Assembly: GCA_047602405.1 (NCBI GenBank) | Contig: JASGHJ010000001.1 | Location: forward strand, 1,408,001-1,472,000 | Source of the DNA: Anaeromyxobacteraceae bacterium | GTDB lineage: Bacteria; Myxococcota; Myxococcia; Myxococcales; Anaeromyxobacteraceae | Direction: 5' to 3' | Length of the DNA stretch: 64,000 nt | Shown: in pieces, positions 56,483 through 64,000 of the stretch | Layout: each line of letters starts with the position of its first letter | Numbering within the stretch: the stretch's first letter is position 1 | Notes under the pieces: generated by a model | What the model saw: the letters and a program-made list of their open reading frames with translations, nothing else | The model's database searches: none | What the model was told of the DNA's origin: nothing | Program-made: the position numbers and the translations under genes

Positions 56483-58180
56483 ATGCGTCGCCACCTCCTC
56501 GCCCTCGCGCTCTCCGCCGCGCTGCCCCTCCACGCCCTCGCCGCCACGATCACCATCGTGAACGTCAACGCCGCGGGCGTCGGCTTCAACGACCCGACCC
56601 CGGCCGCGCCGGTCGGCGGCAACCCGGGCACCACCGTCGGGGCCCAGCGCCTCATCGCCTTCCAGCACGCCGCCAGCATCTGGGGCGCCACGCTCGACTC
56701 CGCCGCCGAGATCCGGATCCAGTCGTCCTTCGTCCCGCTGTCGTGCACCGCGACCGCGGCGACGCTCGGCTCGGCGGGCGCCATCCAGATCTTCCGCGAC
56801 TTCCCCGGCGCGGCCTACGCGAACACCTGGTACCACGTGGCGCTCGCGAACAAGCTCGCCGGCGGCGACCTCGCCCCCGGCGACGCGAACACGAACGCCG
56901 ACGACATCCGCGCGCGCTTCAACTCGGACATCGGCAAGGCCACCTGCCTCGCCGGGACCACCTGGTACTACGGCCTCGACACCGGCCACGCCGCGAACCA
57001 GATCAACCTCGTCACCGTCCTCCTCCACGAGTTCGCGCACGGCCTCGGCTTCTCGAGCTTCGCGAACGTGAGCACCGGCCAGTACGCGCTCGGCCTCTCC
57101 GACGTGTACTCGAAGTTCTACTACGACGACACGAAGGCCAAGGCGCGCGACGACATGACCGACGCGGAGCGGCTCGCGTCGGCGGTCAACCCGCGCAACG
57201 TGGTCTGGACCGGCCCGAAGGTGGGCTCCCAGGTCACCGCGGTGCTCGCGCAGGGGACGCCCATCGTGCACGTGAACTCCCCCGCCGGGCTCGGCGACCT
57301 GCAGGTCGGCCCCGCCTCCTTCGGCCCGGCGCTCGGGACGCCCGGGGTCTCCGGCGACGTCGTGCTCGCGCTCGACGGCCAGAACGCGTCGGGGCCCTCG
57401 GCCTTCGACGCCTGCACCGCGCTCACCAACGCGGGCTCGGTGAGCGGCAGGATCGCGCTCGTCGACCGCGGGACGTGCGGGTTCGTGGTGAAGGTGAAGA
57501 ACGCGCAGAACGCGGGCGCGATCGCCGTGATCGTGGCCGACAACGTCGCGGGTGGCCCGCCGTCCGGCCTCGGCGGCGCGGACCCCACCATCACCATCCC
57601 CTCCGTGCGCATCACGCTCGCCGACGGCAACGCGGTCAGGGCCGCGCTGCTCGCCGGGCAGGTCAACGTCACGCTCGGCGTGGACCTGTCCCTGCGCGCG
57701 GGCGCCGACCGGCAGAACCGCCCGATGCTCTACACGCCGAACCCGGTGCAGCCGGGCTCGACGGTCTCCCACTGGGACACGCTCGCCACCCCGAACCAGC
57801 TGATGGAGCCGGCCATCAACGGCGACCTCACGCTCGCGGTGGACGCGCCGGCCGATCTCACCCGCGCGCAGCTGCGGGACGTGGGTTGGTTCCCGGACGG
57901 CGACCTCGACGGCGCGGCCGACGACGCGGGCGATCAGTGCCTCGGGTCGGACCTCCGCTCGACGATCATCGTCGGCGGGATCGACACCAAGGTGGCGAAC
58001 ACGTTCTTCACGAACGGCTGCTCGATCCGCGACCTCATCCAGCGCTGCGACGCCGACGCCCTCAACCACGGCGACTACGTGAGCTGCTCCGCGAACCTCG
58101 CGAACCAGCTCGCCGCGCAGGGCTTCATCACGGTCCAGCAGAAGGGCGCCATCCAGAGCGCCGTCGCCCGCGACCACTAG
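56483..58180 (+). CDS. Secreted zinc metallopeptidase with an inserted PA domain
   Basis: HEFAHGLG, PA domain GRIALVDRGTCGFVVKVKNAQNAGA, SHW...LMEP. Confidence 0.88.
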   Translation: MRRHLLALALSAALPLHALAATITIVNVNAAGVGFNDPTPAAPVGGNPGTTVGAQRLIAFQHAASIWGATLDSAAEIRIQSSFVPLSCTATAATLGSAGAIQIFRDFPGAAYANTWYHVALANKLAGGDLAPGDANTNADDIRARFNSDIGKATCLAGTTWYYGLDTGHAANQINLVTVLLHEFAHGLGFSSFANVSTGQYALGLSDVYSKFYYDDTKAKARDDMTDAERLASAVNPRNVVWTGPKVGSQVTAVLAQGTPIVHVNSPAGLGDLQVGPASFGPALGTPGVSGDVVLALDGQNASGPSAFDACTALTNAGSVSGRIALVDRGTCGFVVKVKNAQNAGAIAVIVADNVAGGPPSGLGGADPTITIPSVRITLADGNAVRAALLAGQVNVTLGVDLSLRAGADRQNRPMLYTPNPVQPGSTVSHWDTLATPNQLMEPAINGDLTLAVDAPADLTRAQLRDVGWFPDGDLDGAADDAGDQCLGSDLRSTIIVGGIDTKVANTFFTNGCSIRDLIQRCDADALNHGDYVSCSANLANQLAAQGFITVQQKGAIQSAVARDH

Positions 58181-58193
58181 CGGGGGATCCACC

Positions 58194-58235
58194 ACGGGGC
58201 GGGGCGGTCCACCGGGCCGTCCCGCCCCGTCTTTT
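58194..58235 (+). terminator. Intrinsic terminator after the peptidase
   Basis: ACGGGGCGGGGCGGTCC/GGGCCGTCCCGCCCCGT stem (with G-U pairs) followed by CTTTT. Confidence 0.7.
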
Positions 58236-58240
58236 CTGGG

Positions 58241-58306
58241 GATCTTCGGGTGCCGGACACGCACGGCCCGCGTGTCCGGCACCCGAAGATCGTGCGTGTC
58301 CGGCAC
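58241..58306. repeat. Inverted doublet of the 11-mer (22-bp perfect arms, 7-nt loop) plus a third copy
   Basis: GATCTTCGGGTGCCGGACACGC acggccc GCGTGTCCGGCACCCGAAGATC; extra copy at 58296. Confidence 0.92.
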
Positions 58307-58355
58307 CCGCGGTCCCGCCCGAACCCCCGGCGCCCCGGCGCGGCTCTCCCGGGGC

Positions 58356-58757
58356 ATGACCACCCCCGCGCTCGGCCTCCTCGTCCTCGGGCTGTTCGCG
58401 GCCTTCGTCGTGGCCTCGCAGGTCGCCCTCCGCCGCCGCTCGCGCGCGCTCGTCGGGACCCGGCCGCCCGCGCTCCCCGGCCCCTCCGGCGCGAGGCTCG
58501 CCGCGGCGCCGCGCGCGCTCGCCTACTTCTGGAGCCCGAGCTGCGGCGCGTGCCGGGCGATCACCCCGCGCGTGAAGGCGCTCGCCGCGGCGAACCCCGG
58601 CGTCGTCGCGGTCGACGTCACCCGGGAGCTCGAGCTCGCCCGCGCGCTCGGGGTCATGGCGACGCCGACCTTCGTCGAGCTCGAGGCGGGCGCGATCGTC
58701 GGCCACCACGTCGGCCCGGTGGGCGACGCGGTGCTCGGGCGCTACCGACCCGCCTGA
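58356..58757 (+). CDS. Membrane-anchored thioredoxin-like protein
   Basis: N-terminal TM, FWSPSCGAC, cis-Pro ATPT. Confidence 0.85.
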   Translation: MTTPALGLLVLGLFAAFVVASQVALRRRSRALVGTRPPALPGPSGARLAAAPRALAYFWSPSCGACRAITPRVKALAAANPGVVAVDVTRELELARALGVMATPTFVELEAGAIVGHHVGPVGDAVLGRYRPA

Positions 58758-59345
58758 TCAGGGCGCCGGGCCGAGCGCCATCGCGACCACCGCCCAGTCG
58801 TCGGTCGCGTCCCGGTAGCGGTGGATCGTCTCGAAGCCGACCCGCGCGTGCGCGCGGAGGGAGCGGCCGTTCCGCGCCGAGATCTCGGTGACGACGACGT
58901 CGTAGCGGCCGGCGAGGAGCCGGCGGTGCCCGTCGTACAGCGCGTCGAACACGCCGCGCCCGCGCCACGCCGGCGCGACGCAGACCTGGCCCATCACGTA
59001 GTGCCGGAGCGCGGCGAGCGCCCGGCCGCGAAACGAGAGCCCGCGCAGGAGCTCGAACATCGGCGCGAGGACCGGTACCCACGGCGCGGCCTCCACCGGC
59101 ATCACGAGCGCGTAGCCGGCGAGCGGGGCCGCGTCGCCCGCGGGGCCGCCCACGGCCGCGACCACGCTCGGCGCGAGCGCGTGCATCCGCCGGAGCGTCT
59201 CGAGGTCGTGGCGGACCGTGACGAAGCCGTCCCGGGCGGCGGCCTCGGGGCCGAGCGTGGCGGCGAGCTGCGACGCCTGCAGCGCGAGGATCGCGCGGAG
59301 ATCGCCGTCGCCCGCGGCGGGCCGGACCTCGAGCGCGGGCGCCAC
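58758..59345 (-). CDS. GNAT-family acetyltransferase
   Basis: GQVCVAPAWRGRG, NGRSLRAHARVGF. Confidence 0.88.
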   Translation of the reverse strand: MAPALEVRPAAGDGDLRAILALQASQLAATLGPEAAARDGFVTVRHDLETLRRMHALAPSVVAAVGGPAGDAAPLAGYALVMPVEAAPWVPVLAPMFELLRGLSFRGRALAALRHYVMGQVCVAPAWRGRGVFDALYDGHRRLLAGRYDVVVTEISARNGRSLRAHARVGFETIHRYRDATDDWAVVAMALGPAP

Positions 59346-59359
59346 CCCGGTCAAGCGCG

Positions 59360-60145
59360 CTACCTCGGCGCCGGCCGCGCGCCGAGGATCTCGACGTCGA
59401 ACGCGAGCGTCGCGCCGCCCGCGATCTTCGGCGGGCGGCCCTGGTCGCCGTAGGCCGTCTCGGGCGGGCAGACGAGCCGCGCCTTCGTGCCGATCGCGAG
59501 CCTCGGCAAGGCCTCGTTCCAGCACGGGATCACGCGCCCGAGCGGGAGCTCGGCGTCCGCGCGCTCGTCGAACGGTGCGTCGCCCCCGGCGACCGTCCCC
59601 CGGTACGCGACGCGCACGAGGTCGGCCGCGCCGGGGAGGGGGCCCTTCCCGGCCGCGATCGTCCGCACCACCACGCCGCTCGCGAGCCGCTCGGCGCCCG
59701 GGAGCGCCGCCTCGGCCGCCGCGAACTTCCGCCCCTTCGCGAGCTCGGCCGCGAGCTCGGGGTGGCTGCGCTTCTTGAGGAGCTCGTCCACCTTCGTGCC
59801 CCAGGCCTCGAGGTCGGGGTCCTCGAGGGCGAGCTTCCGCGCGCGGGCGGCGTCGGCGAAGCCGCGCTCCACCTCGGCGAGCTCCGCCGGCGCGAGCGCG
59901 TAGGGCGCGACGCGCGTGCCGAGCAGCGCCCCCAGCGCGTAGAGCCCCTCGCGGTCCTCGGGGCCGAGCGGCGTCTTTGGCGCGGCGCGGAACTCCTTCG
60001 CGGCCTTCTCGAAGCGCTCGCGCTCCTCGGCGCGCTCCTCGGCCTCGGACTCCTTGCGGCAGGCGCCGAGCGCGAGGGCGCACGCGAGGACGCACAGCGC
60101 GGCGAGGGCGAAGGCGGGCGGACGGAGCGTCGGGGTGAGGTTCAC
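59360..60145 (-). CDS. FKBP-type peptidyl-prolyl isomerase lipoprotein (FkpA/Mip-like)
   Basis: LGAC lipobox, YRGT, VIPCWNEAL, AYG, IAGGATLAFDVEIL. Confidence 0.9.
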   Translation of the reverse strand: MNLTPTLRPPAFALAALCVLACALALGACRKESEAEERAEERERFEKAAKEFRAAPKTPLGPEDREGLYALGALLGTRVAPYALAPAELAEVERGFADAARARKLALEDPDLEAWGTKVDELLKKRSHPELAAELAKGRKFAAAEAALPGAERLASGVVVRTIAAGKGPLPGAADLVRVAYRGTVAGGDAPFDERADAELPLGRVIPCWNEALPRLAIGTKARLVCPPETAYGDQGRPPKIAGGATLAFDVEILGARPAPR

Positions 60146-60411
60146 TTGTCGTCCTTGTGGTCCGCGGGGGCGTCGGAATCGGCGGGCGGCGGCTTCGGGC
60201 GGGGCAGCGGCTTCACGGGGTGGACGCGCCTCTCCTTCCGGCGCGCGGCGGGGGGGAGCTCGCGGAGGGGAGGGGATGCGTCGTGCCGCGATCCGCCGAC
60301 CTCCGCGCCGCGCTGCACCGGCGCCTCGGTGCCCGGTTCCGTACGCCCGTCGGGTGGGTCGGCGGGAGGGTCGCCGGCGAGGGCCATCGCGACGAGGAGC
60401 GAAGTCCACAT
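60142..60411 (-). CDS. Small secreted Pro-rich protein (89 aa) resembling the N-terminal segment of the divergent 1061-aa protein
   Basis: MWTSLLVAMALAG signal-like start, GGAG RBS, GTGA overlap with the FKBP start. Confidence 0.7.
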   Translation of the reverse strand: MWTSLLVAMALAGDPPADPPDGRTEPGTEAPVQRGAEVGGSRHDASPPLRELPPAARRKERRVHPVKPLPRPKPPPADSDAPADHKDDK

Positions 60412-60588
60412 GGCCACGAGGGTTTCTCCCCTCCGTCCGGATGTCAACGCGGACCCGCCCGGGTATCCCACATGGGGCAGAACGTCGCAGCCTACACTCA
60501 GGGTTCGATATGAGCTTCCCAGCAGCCGGGCGCAGGCACGTCGCTCCCCCCCACGACCCCTCGCCTCCGCGCCCGGACGGGAGATCAC

Positions 60589-63500
60589 ATGACGAACGAA
60601 CACCGTGCCCACAGGCTGGGCCGGACCGTAGCCGTTCTTGTCCCCGCCGCGCTCCTCGCCGCCTGCGGCGCCCCCCAGCCCGACGCGACGCCGTCCGAGC
60701 CCGAGGTCGTGCAGCAGGGCGCGATGGTGTCCGACGCGGACCACGGAGACCTCTCCGCGCCGCTCGACCTCATGCCCGTCGCGGCCCGCCAGCCGCGCGT
60801 CGAGCACGAGGTGAAGAAGCTGCCGATGGTCCGCCGCGGCCCGCGCAACCAGGACCCGGTCATCCAGAGCATCGAGAGCGCGCTCACGCTCCTCGCCCCG
60901 ACCGCCGGTGTGCAGTTCGACGGCGTGGGCCAGGGCCTCACCGGCCCGCAGGGCACCTTCTCGGTCGCCTCGGCGCCGCCGGACACGAACGGCGACGTCG
61001 GCCCGAACCACTACGTGCAGACCGTGAACACCGACTTCGCGGTGTTCTCGAAGACCGGCACGGTGCTCTACGGCCCGGTGCCGATCAACACGCTGTGGAG
61101 CGGCTTCGGCGGCGGCTGCCAGACCGCGAACGACGGCGACCCGGTGGTCCTCTACGATCCGATGGCCGACCGCTGGATCATCAGCCAGTTCCAGGTCACC
61201 ACCCAGCCCTTCCAGCAGTGCATCGCGGTGTCCCAGACCGCCGATCCGACCGGCGCGTACTACCGCTACGCCTTCAGCTACAGCGACGGCTTCCCGGACT
61301 ACCCGAAGATGGGCGTGTGGCCGGACGCCTACTACACGACCTTCAACATGTTCAACAACGCGGGCACCGCGTACCTCTACGCGAAGGTCTGCGCGTACGA
61401 CCGCGCGAAGATGCTGACCGGCGCCGCGGCCACCCAGCAGTGCTTCAACACCTCCTCCAGCTTCGGCGGCCTCCTCCCGGCCGACCTCGACGGCTCGCGC
61501 CAGCCGCCGGCCGGCGCGCCCAACTACGTCGTCGGCCTGGGCACCACCACCACCACGCTCGCCTACTGGAAGTTCCACGTCGACTGGACCACCCCGGCGA
61601 GCTCCACGTTCACGGGCCCGACGAGCCTCACGGTCCCGAGCTACACCGAGGCCTGCGGCACCTCCGGCACCTGCATCCCGCAGTCGGGCGGCGGCTCCCT
61701 CGACTCGCTCTCCGACCGCCTCATGTTCCGCCTCGCCTACCGCAACCAGGCGAACGGCACCCAGTCCCTCGTGACGAACCACTCGGTCACCGCGGGCACC
61801 GCGGTGGGCGTGCGCTGGTACGAGCTCCGCGCCGACGCCTCGAGCAACCTCTCGGTGTTCCAGTCCGGCACCTACGCGCCCGACACCACCTACCGGTGGA
61901 TGGGCTCCGGCGCGATGGACCAGGCCGGCAACATCGCGCTCGGCTTCTCCGGCTCGAGCTCGGCGCTCAAGCCGTCGCTCCGCTACACCGGCCGGCTCGC
62001 GGGCGACGCGGCGGGCACGATGACGCAGGGTGAGAACATCATGATCACCGGCGCCGGCGCCCAGGGCTCCTCGCTCACGCGGTGGGGCGACTACTCGATG
62101 CTCGGCGTCGACCCGACGGACGACTGCACCTTCTGGTTCACGTCCGAGTACATCCCGGCGAACGGCACGTTCAACTGGAAGACCCGCATCGGCTCCTTCA
62201 AGCTGCCGGGCTGCGGCACGGTGGCCACGAACGACTTCTCGATCTCGGCCTCCCCGGCGACCGTCTCGGTCGCGGCGGGCGGCTCGGGCACGAGCACGAT
62301 CTCGACCACCGTCACCTCGGGCTCCGCGCAGGCCGTCACCCTCTCTGCGAGCGGCCTCCCGGCCGGCGCGTCGGCGTCGTTCAGCCCGGTTTCGGTCACC
62401 GCGGGCGGGAGCGCGACCCTCACGCTCAACGCCGGGACGGCGGCCGCGGGCAGCTACGCCGTGACCGTCACCGGCACCGGCGCGAGCGCGACCCACGCGA
62501 CGACCGTCACCTTCACCGTCGCGGCGGCGCCCGACTTCTCGATCGCGATCACGCCGTCGAGCCGCTCGGTCGTGGTGGGCAGCTCCACCACCTACACGGT
62601 CTCGACGACCGCCATCGGCGGGTCGACCCAGTCCGTCTCCCTCGCGGTGAGCGGGCTGCCGGCGGGCGCCTCGGGCTCCTTCAGCCCGGCGACCGTCACG
62701 GCCGGCGGCTCCTCCACGCTCACCGTCACGACCTCCGCGGTCGCGGCGGCGACGACGTTCACCGTGACCGGCTCGTCCACGACGACGCACTCGGCGACCG
62801 CGTCGCTCACCGTCACGGCCGCCCCGGCGCCGGACTACACGGTCGGGTTCTCGCCCTCGAGCGCGACCGTCACGCAGGGCGGCAGCGCGGCCTACACGGT
62901 CTCGACCACCGCGCTCAACGGCTCGACCCAGAGCATCGCGCTCTCGATCTCTGCGCTGCCCACCGGCGTCACGGCGACGTTCAACCCGGCGACGGTGACC
63001 GCGGGCGGGAGCGCCACGCTCACGCTCGCCACCTCGGCGACGGCGACCGTGGGCACGGCGAGCTTCACCGTGACCGGCACCTCCGGCGCGACGACCCGCA
63101 CGGCGACGGGCTCGCTCACCGTCAACGCGACGTCGGGCGTCACGCCGCTCACCTCGGGCGTGCCGGTCACCGGCATCTCCGGCGCGTCCGGCTCGCAGCA
63201 GTTCTGGTCGATCAACGTGCCGTCGGGCACGACCACGCTCACCGTCCAGATCAGCGGCGGCACGGGCGACGCGGACCTCTACGTCCGCCAGGGTGCCCAG
63301 CCGACGACCGCGACGTACAACTGCCGCCCGTACCTCTCCGGCAACAGCGAGACCTGCACCATCTCGGCGCCGGTCGCGGGCCTGTACTACGTCATGATCC
63401 GCGGCTACACCGCGTACTCGGGCGTCACGCTCGTCGCCACCAACACGGCGGGCCCGACCGTGCCGTCGCTCACGAGCGGCGTGCCGGTCACCGGCATCGC

Positions 63501-63774
63501 CGGCGCCTCGGGCTCGAACCAGTACTGGAAGCTCGCGGTGCCGGCGGGGAAGACCTCGCTGACGTTCACCATCAGCGGCGGCACCGGCGACGCGGACCTC
63601 TACGTCCGGTCGGGCGCGCAGCCGACGACCACGACCTACAACTGCCGGCCGTACCTCACGGGCAACAGCGAGACCTGCACGTTCTCGGCGCCGGCGGCGG
63701 CGGACTGGTACGTCATGATCCGCGGCTACACGGCGTACTCGGGCGTCACGCTGACGGGCACGTACAGCCCCTGA
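60589..63774 (+). CDS. Large lipoprotein: uncharacterised N-terminal domain, three Ser/Thr-rich Ig-like repeats, two PPC domains
   Basis: LAAC lipobox; D(F/Y)(S/T)-x-...GLPAG...FSP repeats; two ISGGTGDADLYVR...YNCRPY...ETC PPC domains. Confidence 0.88.
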   Translation: MTNEHRAHRLGRTVAVLVPAALLAACGAPQPDATPSEPEVVQQGAMVSDADHGDLSAPLDLMPVAARQPRVEHEVKKLPMVRRGPRNQDPVIQSIESALTLLAPTAGVQFDGVGQGLTGPQGTFSVASAPPDTNGDVGPNHYVQTVNTDFAVFSKTGTVLYGPVPINTLWSGFGGGCQTANDGDPVVLYDPMADRWIISQFQVTTQPFQQCIAVSQTADPTGAYYRYAFSYSDGFPDYPKMGVWPDAYYTTFNMFNNAGTAYLYAKVCAYDRAKMLTGAAATQQCFNTSSSFGGLLPADLDGSRQPPAGAPNYVVGLGTTTTTLAYWKFHVDWTTPASSTFTGPTSLTVPSYTEACGTSGTCIPQSGGGSLDSLSDRLMFRLAYRNQANGTQSLVTNHSVTAGTAVGVRWYELRADASSNLSVFQSGTYAPDTTYRWMGSGAMDQAGNIALGFSGSSSALKPSLRYTGRLAGDAAGTMTQGENIMITGAGAQGSSLTRWGDYSMLGVDPTDDCTFWFTSEYIPANGTFNWKTRIGSFKLPGCGTVATNDFSISASPATVSVAAGGSGTSTISTTVTSGSAQAVTLSASGLPAGASASFSPVSVTAGGSATLTLNAGTAAAGSYAVTVTGTGASATHATTVTFTVAAAPDFSIAITPSSRSVVVGSSTTYTVSTTAIGGSTQSVSLAVSGLPAGASGSFSPATVTAGGSSTLTVTTSAVAAATTFTVTGSSTTTHSATASLTVTAAPAPDYTVGFSPSSATVTQGGSAAYTVSTTALNGSTQSIALSISALPTGVTATFNPATVTAGGSATLTLATSATATVGTASFTVTGTSGATTRTATGSLTVNATSGVTPLTSGVPVTGISGASGSQQFWSINVPSGTTTLTVQISGGTGDADLYVRQGAQPTTATYNCRPYLSGNSETCTISAPVAGLYYVMIRGYTAYSGVTLVATNTAGPTVPSLTSGVPVTGIAGASGSNQYWKLAVPAGKTSLTFTISGGTGDADLYVRSGAQPTTTTYNCRPYLTGNSETCTFSAPAAADWYVMIRGYTAYSGVTLTGTYSP

Positions 63775-64000
63775 GCGGACGTTGACCGGCAAGTGAGTGC
63801 GCGAGGCGCGCCGGGTGCTCCGGCGCGCCTCGCTGCGTCCTCCAACGCGTTCTCGTCGCTGGGCCGCAACGGAGATCGGACGATCGAGGAGAGCCGGATC
63901 ATCCGCGGAGACTTCGCGCTCACTCAGGTGGGGCCTCCGAAGCTCGGGACTGCGCCGTCACGCGCAGACCGGCTATGAGTCGAACCTCCATGTCGCTGCT

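Noticed and set aside
62230..63770. Internal DNA repeats suggesting a DGR template/variable repeat pair
   Set aside because: They are explained by tandem Ig-like and PPC domains, the differences are not adenine-specific, and there is no reverse transcriptase.
63975..64000. Possible gene start MSRTSMSL at the window edge
   Set aside because: Too short to support.

Overview
This is very GC-rich DNA that looks like Anaeromyxobacter/Myxococcota (inferred from composition and gene repertoire). It carries about 55 densely packed housekeeping and accessory genes, including an MCP, hflX, proB-proA-rsfS, a nitrate/sulfonate-type ABC transporter, nifJ-type PFOR, an elongated glmS, an RND pump, an M16 peptidase, rsgA, two ECF sigma factors, rlmH, two PPIases and several secreted proteins. 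One complete IS4-family element lies at 11281-12723 with a 10-bp target duplication. The main unexplained signal is a near-palindromic 11-mer, GTGTCCGGCAC/GTGCCGGACAC. I counted 34 exact copies by eye, against roughly 0.1 expected by chance. It occurs between genes, in short tandem mini-arrays, as a 22-bp-arm inverted doublet, and in frame inside many proteins (VPDT/VSGT). A solitary RAYT-like HUH/Y1 nuclease gene (12870-13547) has a copy just upstream and is a candidate driver. Other points of interest are a small stand-alone gene resembling the N-terminal segment of the divergent 1061-aa secreted protein, and four genes each broken by a single duplicated base, probably sequencing errors.
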